Shown in pieces: positions 12,598-22,695 of a stretch of 64,000 nucleotides of DNA. Origin of the DNA: an uncultured delta proteobacterium (lineage in GTDB: Bacteria; Myxococcota_A; Polyangia; Polyangiales; JAFGIB01); NCBI GenBank assembly GCA_963778655.1, contig CAVZVA010000002.1:448001-512000 (forward strand), in the 5' to 3' direction. Numbering within the stretch: the first letter of the stretch is position 1; every line of letters starts with the position of its first letter. The position numbers and the translations under genes were made by a program. The notes beneath the pieces are model-generated. The model did not search any database. It was not told where the DNA came from and saw nothing but the letters and a program-made list of their open reading frames with translations.

Positions 12598-13863
12598 TCA
12601 GCGCCAGATGGGAAGAAACAACCGCAGCTTGTAGGCCGAAAGGCTGAGCGGCAACTGCGCCCACACCGGCGCGTAGAACACGGAGACTTCCGCCGCCACC
12701 AGCAGGGCCAGCAGCACCGCGCGCGGGTGGCGCGGGAACGCGCGGGCCGCGGCGCCGGCCAGCAACACCAGACCGAAGCCGTAGCTGGGCAGGTAGTGAT
12801 AGATGTACGAGTCGCGTGCGGTCAGCACCCAGGGCGACAGAAAGCCGAGCCAGCACGCACACGGCAACAGCGCGGGCCATTCGCGCTCGAGCAGCGAGGC
12901 CAGGCCCGGCGCGCCGGGGCCGCGCGCCCGCAGCGCGCGCACGCCGTGCCACAGCAAGCAGGCGAGCGTGGCCAGCACGAGCAGCGCGCTGGACCACCAC
13001 AGCAGCGGATTGTCGAGCGTGGTCATCGCGCGGACGTAGCCGCCGGGCGCAGGGTCGAAGCGCAGGGTGATCGGGCGCCACGGCAGAAACCAGCTGTACC
13101 AATGGGAGGTGAGCGGATTCGTCATCTGCGTGAGGCCCGCGTGGTGCTTGATCAGCACGAGCGTGGCGCGCGCCACGCCGGCCGGACTGGCGGGCAGCCC
13201 GGTGAGGCGCTGCCCGAGCGCGTACTGCGCGTAGAACGCAAGCAGCAGCGAAAGCCCGCTCGCGCATGCCAGCAAGAGCTTGCGTGCCGGCCGCGCGCGC
13301 AGCGCGAGCAGCGCCAGCGCGATCGGCAGCGCCAGGGTGACGCCGCTGATCTTGATCGAGCTCGCCAGGCCCGCGACCGCGCCCGCGGCGATGATGCGCC
13401 AGGATCGTGGCCCGGGGGCCAGCAGCAACAGCACGCAAAAGCCGAAGCCGAGCAGCATGCCGTCGAGCAGCGCGGTGCGCGAGTAGACCAGCGGAAAGCC
13501 GTCGAGCGCGAGCAGCAGCGCGGCCAGACCGCCGGCGAGCGGGTCGCGAAACAGCACGCGTGCGGCGAAGAACGCCAGCGCGAGGCTGCCGAGCCCGAAC
13601 ATCAGCGCGGCGGCGCGCCAGCCGACCGGTCCGTCGCCGAGCGCGCGCATGCACAGCGCCATCAGCAGCTTGCCGAGCGGCGGATGGTCGTTCCAGTCCG
13701 GCCGCCCCGCCAGATAGTTGCGCGCGTTCTCGACGAAGTGGTGCTCGTCGAAGGTGAGCCTGGGCGGGAAGCCGAGCTGCTGCACGCGCAGATACACCCC
13801 GAACGCGACGCCCGCCGCCACCAGCAGCCAGATCGGACGCCGATCGATCGCAGCCGCGGTCAT
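12598..13863 (-). CDS. Lipid-carrier-dependent glycosyltransferase, protein O-mannosyltransferase (GT39/Pmt)-like
   Basis: Multi-TM protein with FDEHHFV, HPPLGK, GWR, SRTALLD, HWYSWFLPWRP, NPLLWWSS and YIYHYLP, in the order typical of Pmt proteins. Confidence 0.85.
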   Translation of the reverse strand: MTAAAIDRRPIWLLVAAGVAFGVYLRVQQLGFPPRLTFDEHHFVENARNYLAGRPDWNDHPPLGKLLMALCMRALGDGPVGWRAAALMFGLGSLALAFFAARVLFRDPLAGGLAALLLALDGFPLVYSRTALLDGMLLGFGFCVLLLLAPGPRSWRIIAAGAVAGLASSIKISGVTLALPIALALLALRARPARKLLLACASGLSLLLAFYAQYALGQRLTGLPASPAGVARATLVLIKHHAGLTQMTNPLTSHWYSWFLPWRPITLRFDPAPGGYVRAMTTLDNPLLWWSSALLVLATLACLLWHGVRALRARGPGAPGLASLLEREWPALLPCACWLGFLSPWVLTARDSYIYHYLPSYGFGLVLLAGAAARAFPRHPRAVLLALLVAAEVSVFYAPVWAQLPLSLSAYKLRLFLPIWR

Positions 13864-13866
13864 GGC

Positions 13867-14382
13867 TCAGCCGCTCACCCTGCAGGACAGCGCTTCGGCC
13901 ACCCACAGCGAAGGCACAGGGCCCCAGGCCGCCGCGGGCCCGAAGCGCACGTAGACCGCGTCCACCTGGCGCAGCAGCCGCAGCCTACACGAGGCGGTGA
14001 AGCGGCGAAGCGCCTGGCGGGATTTTCCCGCGGGCGGCTCCTGCCAGTAGCGCGCCGCGAGAGCGGGCTGCGCGAACAGGTCGGGCACCAGGTACATCAC
14101 TCCGTCGAGGCTCACGAAGGGCTGCAGCACGCCCGCGCCCGCGGAAGCGGGCGGGCCGCCGGGGCGGTGAAAGCGGCAGCGATAGCGGCCGATGTCGGCG
14201 GAGAGCGCGCAGCTGAGGTCATCCCTGTCTGCGGTGATCAGCGTGAGCGCCGCCTCGACCAGGCTACCGGCCGCGGGCGGATGTCCGCGCAGCGAGAACA
14301 GCCCCGGCGCCAGCACGAGCGCGACGGCCAGCAGCAGCCACTGGAGGCGGTCGGTGCGGGCTTCCGGCGGCGGCGCTCTCAT
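13867..14382 (-). CDS. Hypothetical membrane-anchored protein
   Basis: ATG 14382 overlaps the GDPD stop. One N-terminal TM (QWLLLAVALVLAPGLF) and four Cys. Ends 3 bp before the Pmt start. Confidence 0.65.
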   Translation of the reverse strand: MRAPPPEARTDRLQWLLLAVALVLAPGLFSLRGHPPAAGSLVEAALTLITADRDDLSCALSADIGRYRCRFHRPGGPPASAGAGVLQPFVSLDGVMYLVPDLFAQPALAARYWQEPPAGKSRQALRRFTASCRLRLLRQVDAVYVRFGPAAAWGPVPSLWVAEALSCRVSG

Positions 14383-15230
14383 GATGCCCCCGCCTCCTGC
14401 GGCTGGGGCTGTGCGCCGCCGGCGAGCGCGGGGTGACGCGCGCGCCAGCCCTGCGTGTACGCGCTGCACGCGAACAGCGCGGCCATCGCGCGCGGGTCGT
14501 CGCTGACGATGCCGTCGGCGCCGAGCGCGAGCAAGCGCTCCGCGAGCGCGCGGTCGTCGACCACCCAGTAGTCGACCGCGACGCCGAGCGCGTGCGCCTT
14601 GCGCACCAGCGCGGCACGGTCGAGCCGCAGCGGCCCGGCGCGCAGCGGCAGCTGCAGGCGTTGCCCGCGCGGGCGCAGGCGCCGCAGCAGCGGCCCCGGG
14701 GCGAGCACCGCGCGCGCGGCCTCGGCGCGGCCCATGCCGGTGGGCCCGCGATAGCCGAGCGCGCGGATGCGCGCGGTGGTCGCCGAGGAGAAGCTGGTGA
14801 GCAGCACGCGCGGCTCGGCTGCGTGCTGCGCGATCACCCGCAGCAGCGGGCCGAGCACCTCGGGCTCTGGCGGCTTGACATCGACGTTCAGCAAGGCGGA
14901 GGGAAACTCCCGCAGCGTCTCGTCCAGCGTCGGCACGCGCGCGGAAGCGCGCGCATCGGGGCCGCCGCAGCCGCGGGTGAGGTCCCAGCCCTGGACCGCG
15001 GCCAGGCTGCAGTCGCGGATCGCCCGCGCCACTCCGGCGGTGCGCGCACCATCTGGGTCGTGTGCGACCACCACATGGCGATCGCGCGTCATGTGCACGT
15101 CGATCTCGAGCGCGTCCGCTCCGGCCTGCAGCGCCGCGGCAAAAGCCGGCAAGGTGTTCTCGGGCTGCTCCAGACGCGCGCCGCGGTGCGCATAGAGAAG
15201 CGGCCCCTGCAGCGCGCGCCAGCCTTCCAT
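14379..15230 (-). CDS. Glycerophosphodiester phosphodiesterase (GDPD) family
   Basis: YAHRGA, PENTLPAF, EIDVHMTRD, VVAHD, VPTLDE, WVVDD and GADGIVSDDP. Start ATG 15230. Confidence 0.92.
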   Translation of the reverse strand: MEGWRALQGPLLYAHRGARLEQPENTLPAFAAALQAGADALEIDVHMTRDRHVVVAHDPDGARTAGVARAIRDCSLAAVQGWDLTRGCGGPDARASARVPTLDETLREFPSALLNVDVKPPEPEVLGPLLRVIAQHAAEPRVLLTSFSSATTARIRALGYRGPTGMGRAEAARAVLAPGPLLRRLRPRGQRLQLPLRAGPLRLDRAALVRKAHALGVAVDYWVVDDRALAERLLALGADGIVSDDPRAMAALFACSAYTQGWRARHPALAGGAQPQPQEAGAS

Positions 15231-15272
15231 GCGGCGTGAGCATAGCAGCGACGATGTGCTAGATCCTGGGCC

Positions 15273-15803
15273 ATGACGGGCACCGACGAGAGCATCGCAT
15301 TCGTTCCGGTCCAGATCGCGATCCTGACGGTCTCCGACACGCGCGGCGAGGAGGAAGACCGCTCGGGCGCCACCCTGGTGGAGCGGGCCGAGCGGGCCGG
15401 CCACACGGTGCTGCGGCGGGCGATCGTGCCTGACGACCGGGCGGCGATCGAGCGCGCGCTGCGCGAATGGATCGCCGACCCCGAGGTCGACGTGGTGATC
15501 TCGACCGGCGGCACCGGGGTGACCGGACGCGACGTCACGCCCGAAGCCTTCCGCGCGGTCTACGACAAGGAGATCGAGGGCTTCGGCGAGCTGTTCCGCT
15601 GGATCAGCTTCAAGCACATCGGCACCTCCACCATCCAGTCGCGCGCGACCGGGGGCGTGGCCGCCGGCACCTATCTGTTCGCGCTGCCCGGCTCGACCGG
15701 GGCCTGCCGGGACGCCTGGGACGAGATCCTGGTGCACCAGCTCGACCGCCGCTATCGGCCGTGCAACTTCGTCGAGCTGATGCCGCGCCTGCTGGAGAAG
15801 TGA
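15273..15803 (+). CDS. moaB: Molybdenum cofactor biosynthesis protein B
   Basis: [48 protein letters not shown] and PCNFV. Confidence 0.95.
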   Translation: MTGTDESIAFVPVQIAILTVSDTRGEEEDRSGATLVERAERAGHTVLRRAIVPDDRAAIERALREWIADPEVDVVISTGGTGVTGRDVTPEAFRAVYDKEIEGFGELFRWISFKHIGTSTIQSRATGGVAAGTYLFALPGSTGACRDAWDEILVHQLDRRYRPCNFVELMPRLLEK

Positions 15804-15821
15804 CGGCGCGATCGACCAGGA

Positions 15822-15925
15822 CATGAAACAGGAAGACGGGAATACGGGCGGTGGTTGGGGCGCCACGACGGCGCCGTGTCGGGGTAGGAAGAATTTCTTC
15901 CTGTCTTCCCGCCTTCCTGTGATTC
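15822..15925. repeat. Dispersed repeat family A, inverted pair
   Basis: CATGAAACAGGAAGACGGGAATACGGG ... CCTGTCTTCCCGCCTTCCTGTGATTC. Confidence 0.8.
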
Positions 15926-15987
15926 TTGGTCCCGTCCGGCTCGCCTGACGCGTGCCCGACTGGCTGAATGCGCTATAAGGCCGCTCC

Positions 15988-18012
<2,025 letters not shown>

Positions 18013-18172
18013 GCCGGCGTGGGACCGCGGGGCTCCCCCCTCCCGTTGTTTGGAGCGCGTGACCGTCGGGTTTGGGCCGGGGCAGTGAACCAGCTCACAG
18101 GCTCGAATTGGGTACATTCCATCGCACACGTGAACACCTGCGAACGGCTCGGCACGTATGCGAGAATAGGCC

Positions 18173-21100
18173 GTGGCAAAGGGGCCGGCGCAGCTCGAGA
18201 CGGTGGGCAGCTCGATCGGAGCGCGCTACGTAGTCGAGGAAGTTCTCGGCCACGGGGGCATGGCCGCGGTCTATCGCGTGCGCGACAGCCGCACCGGCAA
18301 GACGCTTGCGCTCAAGCGCGGATTCGCGCGCGACGCCAAGAAGCGGCAACGGCGCCACGCACTGCTGCAACGCGAGTACCACACGCTCTCGCAGCTCGCG
18401 CACCCGCGCATCATCGAGGTCCACGACTACGGCGTCGACGAGCAGGGCCCCTACTACCTGATGGAGCTGCTCGACGGGCGCGACCTCGACGGCAGCGGCA
18501 AGCTGCCTTGGAAGGAAGCCTGCGCGCTGCTCTGTGACGTGGCGTCGTCGCTGGCGATCCTGCACTCGCGCGGGCTGATCCACCGCGACGTCTCCGCGCG
18601 CAACGTGCGCCGCACCGCGGACGGCCGCGCCAAGCTGATCGACTTCGGCGCGATGGCGTCGCTGGGTGTGCCCAAAGACGTGGTGGGCACCCCGCCGTTC
18701 ATGGCGCCCGAGGCGCTGCAGATGCAGACGCTCGACGGCAGGGTCGATCTGTTCGCGCTCGGCGCGCTCGCCTATTACTTGCTCACCGGCCGCCACGCCT
18801 TTCCGGCGCGCCGGATGCGCGACCTGCGCGACGTCTGGCGCTCACGTCCGCCTCCTCCGTCCCGCCGCGTGCCGGAGATCCCGCCGGCGCTGAGCGAGCT
18901 GGTGCTGCAGCTGCTCGCGCTCGACCGCAACGCGCGCCCGCACACCGCCGCCGAGGTGATCAGCCGGCTTTCGGCCATCGCCGGCATCGCCGTGGAAGAG
19001 CAGCGCGAGGTCTCGCGCGCCTACCTCACCACACCGACCCTGGTGGGCCGGGACCGCGCCTTGATCGCGGTGCGCAAACGCCTGCTTTCGCTGGCGCGCG
19101 GCGACGGGGGCTCGCTGCTGCTCGAGGGCGTCGCGGGCTCGGGCCGATCGCGCCTGCTGGACGCTTGTGCGATCGAGGGCAAGCTGCTGGGCGCCGCGGT
19201 GCTGCGCGCCGACCCCAGCGACGGTGAGCAGGGCGAGTTCGGGGTGATGCGCGCGCTCGGCGCGCAGCTGCTGGACCTGCTGCCGGAGGAAGTCGCCGAG
19301 GCCTCGCGCTTGACGCGCGGCGTGCTCGCGCAGGTGCTGGACGAGCTGCCGGGAACGGACAGCGGCTCGAGCCCGCCGCCGGCCGCCGACCATAGCCTGA
19401 TCGTGCGGGAGCTGCGCGACTTCGTGCTGACGCTCTCGCGCCGCCACCGGCTGCTGATCGCGGTCGACGACTTCGACCAAATCGACGAGCCCTCCAAGGC
19501 CGTGCTCGCAGCGCTCGCCCACAAGGTAGCGCGCTACCCGCTGATCATGGCCTTCGCGATCGACAGCGATGCCGACCACACGGCCGCGCCCGCGGTGCGG
19601 CTGCTGCGGCTCCTCTCCGACCGCATCGAGCTCGAGCCGCTCAGCGAGGTCGAGACCGAGACCCTGGTGCGCTCGCTGTTCGGCGACGTGGCCAACCTGC
19701 CGTTCGTGGCCGGCCGCATCTATGCGCTCGCGCAGGGCAACCCGCGCACGACCATGGAGCTGGCGCAGCACCTGGTCCACGAAGGGCTGATCCGTTACCA
19801 GGCCGGCAGCTTCACCCTGCCCGGACGGCTCGACGAGGGCGAGCTGCCCGCGACGCTGGCGGCCTCCCTCGCGGCGCGGCTCTCGGCGCTCTCGCCGGAT
19901 GCGCGCGAGCTGTGCGAGGTGCTGTCGCTGTGCGACGGCGACGCGCTGAGCTTCGCCAGCTACGCCTTTCTGACCGAGCACCGCGATCCCAGGCGCGTGT
20001 TCGCTGCACTCGACGAGCTGGTCGCCGAGCGCGTAGTAGTGGCCGACAGCGAGCGCTACCGCTTCAGCCAGCGCGGCTTCCTGCCGGTGGTGGCCAGCTC
20101 GATGGACCCGAGCCGCGCCGCCGTGGTGCACGGTCGGCTGGCCGACCTGCTCGGCAGCACCGGCGGAGACGTGCTGCGCCGCGCGCACCACCTATTCGAG
20201 TGCGGGCGCGACCTGCCGGCGATCCAGCTGGTGGCAGCCGCCGATCCGACCGAGCTGCTCGCGCCGCTCTCGCTGCTGGAGCGCTCGGTGGAGCGCGCCG
20301 AGCAGCACGGGCTCGATGCCCGTACGATTCACCAGCTGCGGATGGCCCTGCTGATCAAGGCCCAGGGCATTCCGGCCATCGATCGCTTCATGGTGCACCT
20401 GCCCGCGGCGCTCGCCCCGGTCGAGCGCGACAGCGCGCTCACGCGCTACTGCGAGCTCGAGGGACTGCCGCCGAGCGAGCGGCTGGCGCAGGCACTGGCC
20501 CGAACCCAGGAGGCCTATCTCGCCACCCCGGAGCACGAACGCGTCTACGCCGTGGGCGAGGCGATCTCGGCGCTGGCGCGGTTGGGCGGCCTGGTCGGTA
20601 CGGTCGGGGCTTGGACTTTCGACCTCGACTTCATCGAGTCCTTTCCCTCGATAGAGCCGCTCGAGCCGCTCTCGCCCGCGCTGGGCGCGCTCTCGCGCTT
20701 CATGCTCGGCCTGAAAGAGAACACGCGCGGCCGCTTCCAGCGCGCCGCGTCCATCTTCGAGCAACTGCTGGTGCGGCTGGCCGAGCCCGACCGCGCAGGG
20801 CTTCCGTCCGGGCAGCACTCGCGCACGCGCTACGGCCTGCACCTGCTGCTCGGCCTGATCTACGGCGCGTCGGGCTCCGACGCGGCGATGCCGCACGCCG
20901 ACATGCTGGAGTCGGACCGCAGGTACCGCGTGAGCGCGTGGCGCGTGCGCCAGATCCTGCACTTGAGCCGCGGCGCCAGCGAGGAGGCGCGCCGCTGCAT
21001 GCGCCAGGCGGAGCTCGCGCAGCTGCAGACCAACGCCGAGCAGCACGCGATGGGCGGCAACTTCGCGGCCGAGCTGATCGTGGCCTCGCTCGCGGGCGAC

Positions 21101-22261
21101 CTGCTCACGCTGCGCAGCACGATCGAGCGCATGTCCCCGCTGGCCGAACGCTACCGCGGCTGGCAGCCTTTGATCCTTTACGGACGCAGCCGGGTGCTGC
21201 ATCTGCACGGGGACACGGCCGGCGCGCTCGAGCTGGTGCTGCAGGCGATGGAGCGCGCGCGCCCGCTGCGCCACTTCCTGTTCAACGCGCTGGCCGCGGC
21301 CCGCGTGAGCCTGCTGACCGAGATCGGACGCGCCGAGGAAGCCGTGGCGCTGGGGCAAGAGTACCTCGACCTGTCGACGCGCGAGGAGCTGGTCAGCCCG
21401 GACCGCGGCCTGCACGTGGCGCAGGCGCTGGCGCTGTGCCGTACCGGCCGCAACGACGAGGCCGCAACGATGGCGGAGACCGCGATCGGGCTGCTGGCCG
21501 AGCCCGGTCGCTCGGGCGTCGCGCTGGGCTCGGCGTACGAGGCACGCGCGCGCGTCGCCCTGGCGGCAAACGATATGACGGGCTTCGAGCACTTCGTCGC
21601 GCTGTGCGGCGCCGAGTACGGCCGCGGCGGCAACCCGGCGCTCGAAGCGCGCCTGGAGCGCCTGATCGACGAGGCGGAGGGCGTGAACGCCGCCTCGCTC
21701 AGGCCGCAGTCCCTGCTCGCCACGATGAGCCTGGACGACGTCACCAGCGAATACGCCACGGTCTACAGCCGCATGCGCGAGTGCGTGGACCCTGGCGACC
21801 GCGCGCGCTGCGCGCTGACCATCCTGCTGCAGCATCTGGAGAGCTTCGCCGGCTACCTGTACGGGGTGGGCACGGGCGGCCTGACGCTGCTGGCGGGGCT
21901 GCCCGAGCACGAGCCGGAACCGGACCTCGACCGCTGGGTCCGCGCGTGGGCGGAGCTCGAGCTGACCTCGCTCCCGGACGAGGAGGTCACGGCCGAGGAC
22001 GAGGCTCCGCCATCCGGCCCCTCGGTGCCCAAGCGCCATACCGACCGCGAGGGCCGCGCCTTCGAGGCGGTGGTGCTGCTCGGCGACGAGGACGCGCAGG
22101 AGCGCGCGGCAGCGGTGCTGGTGCTCAGGCGCGATGCGCTGCGCCCGCACCAGCCCCACGACCGCGGCCTGCTCACCCGCATGGCCAGCGAGCTGCTCGG
22201 CCACGGCGACGTCACCGGCCTCGCGCTCGAGCAATTCTCGACCGACACGGCCGAGCACTGA
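18173..22261 (+). CDS. Ser/Thr protein kinase with P-loop (AAA-like) and helical repeat regions
   Basis: LGHGGMAAVY, ALK, HRDVSARN, DFG, GTPPFMAPE and DLFALG, then TLVGRD, GVAGSGRS, LIAVDD and GNP, followed by a long TPR-like region. Confidence 0.9.
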   Translation: MAKGPAQLETVGSSIGARYVVEEVLGHGGMAAVYRVRDSRTGKTLALKRGFARDAKKRQRRHALLQREYHTLSQLAHPRIIEVHDYGVDEQGPYYLMELLDGRDLDGSGKLPWKEACALLCDVASSLAILHSRGLIHRDVSARNVRRTADGRAKLIDFGAMASLGVPKDVVGTPPFMAPEALQMQTLDGRVDLFALGALAYYLLTGRHAFPARRMRDLRDVWRSRPPPPSRRVPEIPPALSELVLQLLALDRNARPHTAAEVISRLSAIAGIAVEEQREVSRAYLTTPTLVGRDRALIAVRKRLLSLARGDGGSLLLEGVAGSGRSRLLDACAIEGKLLGAAVLRADPSDGEQGEFGVMRALGAQLLDLLPEEVAEASRLTRGVLAQVLDELPGTDSGSSPPPAADHSLIVRELRDFVLTLSRRHRLLIAVDDFDQIDEPSKAVLAALAHKVARYPLIMAFAIDSDADHTAAPAVRLLRLLSDRIELEPLSEVETETLVRSLFGDVANLPFVAGRIYALAQGNPRTTMELAQHLVHEGLIRYQAGSFTLPGRLDEGELPATLAASLAARLSALSPDARELCEVLSLCDGDALSFASYAFLTEHRDPRRVFAALDELVAERVVVADSERYRFSQRGFLPVVASSMDPSRAAVVHGRLADLLGSTGGDVLRRAHHLFECGRDLPAIQLVAAADPTELLAPLSLLERSVERAEQHGLDARTIHQLRMALLIKAQGIPAIDRFMVHLPAALAPVERDSALTRYCELEGLPPSERLAQALARTQEAYLATPEHERVYAVGEAISALARLGGLVGTVGAWTFDLDFIESFPSIEPLEPLSPALGALSRFMLGLKENTRGRFQRAASIFEQLLVRLAEPDRAGLPSGQHSRTRYGLHLLLGLIYGASGSDAAMPHADMLESDRRYRVSAWRVRQILHLSRGASEEARRCMRQAELAQLQTNAEQHAMGGNFAAELIVASLAGDLLTLRSTIERMSPLAERYRGWQPLILYGRSRVLHLHGDTAGALELVLQAMERARPLRHFLFNALAAARVSLLTEIGRAEEAVALGQEYLDLSTREELVSPDRGLHVAQALALCRTGRNDEAATMAETAIGLLAEPGRSGVALGSAYEARARVALAANDMTGFEHFVALCGAEYGRGGNPALEARLERLIDEAEGVNAASLRPQSLLATMSLDDVTSEYATVYSRMRECVDPGDRARCALTILLQHLESFAGYLYGVGTGGLTLLAGLPEHEPEPDLDRWVRAWAELELTSLPDEEVTAEDEAPPSGPSVPKRHTDREGRAFEAVVLLGDEDAQERAAAVLVLRRDALRPHQPHDRGLLTRMASELLGHGDVTGLALEQFSTDTAEH

Positions 22262-22267
22262 TTTTGC

Positions 22268-22353
22268 CGGGAGGGCCACGCGCCCCTCCCGCCCCAGGGC
22301 CCGTGGCAAAGCCGTCGGGGCCCCACCCTCCCGCGGGGCTCGCTGCGCTCGCT
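22268..22353. repeat. Dispersed repeat family B
   Basis: CGGGAGGGCCACGCGCCCCTCCCG hairpin, then GTCGGGGCCCCACCC and GGGGCTCGCTGCGCTCGCT. Homologous to 29103 and 58556. Confidence 0.75.
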
Positions 22354-22447
22354 GGTAGTCGTGCCTGTAGCCGTGCGCGTTCTCAGCGCCGGCGAAAGTC
22401 GCAGAAAGGTCGAGCGAGATCAGCTACCCCGAGCGGGCGCTGCTCCA

Positions 22448-22612
22448 GAGCACCGAACATATTGAAACGTGTGCGAAGTCGGGGTCATGGCGGGATGCAG
22501 GGTGCCGGCGGGAGCCCGAAGGCGTAGTCCATCCTACGTCGAGCGGGGAGCGCGCGTGCCATGCGCCCGCGCGGGCCCCGAAATCGTGCGTGTTTCAATA
22601 GGTTCGGTGCTC
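22448..22612 (+). ncRNA. Long intergenic inverted repeat: candidate structured ncRNA or MITE-like element
   Basis: 29-nt arms (22448-22476 and 22584-22612) give 24 Watson-Crick pairs, 4 G-U pairs and 1 mismatch, with further nested stems inside. The structure is clear; its nature is not. Confidence 0.5.
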
Positions 22613-22676
22613 CTTTATTGAGCATTTTCGCGCAGAAGCTGGCGGAAAGGCGGCGTGAAATGCGACGGGAGCGGGA

Positions 22677-22695
22677 ATTAGGGACAGCCCCTAAT
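22677..22695. repeat. Short palindrome ATTAGGG-ACAGC-CCCTAAT (REP-like)
   Basis: Perfect 7-bp stem that includes the TAG stop of the glutaredoxin fusion gene. Confidence 0.5.

Noticed and set aside
12560..13906. 843-aa ORF 11375..13906 as one protein
   Set aside because: The N-terminal half is Arg/Ala-rich off-frame translation overlapping the Pmt-like gene; only the 3' part looks like a real lipoprotein.
19912..22527. Long alternative-frame and antisense ORFs here and throughout (for example 871, 733, 722, 719 and 705 aa)
   Set aside because: They are typical high-GC shadow ORFs with no motifs, overlapping genes that have clear family signatures.
22448..22612. ATTGAAAC / GTTTCAAT resembling a CRISPR repeat end and tracrRNA anti-repeat
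   Set aside because: There is only one inverted pair, with no direct repeats or spacers and no Cas or TnpB gene nearby. Kept as a hairpin finding instead.
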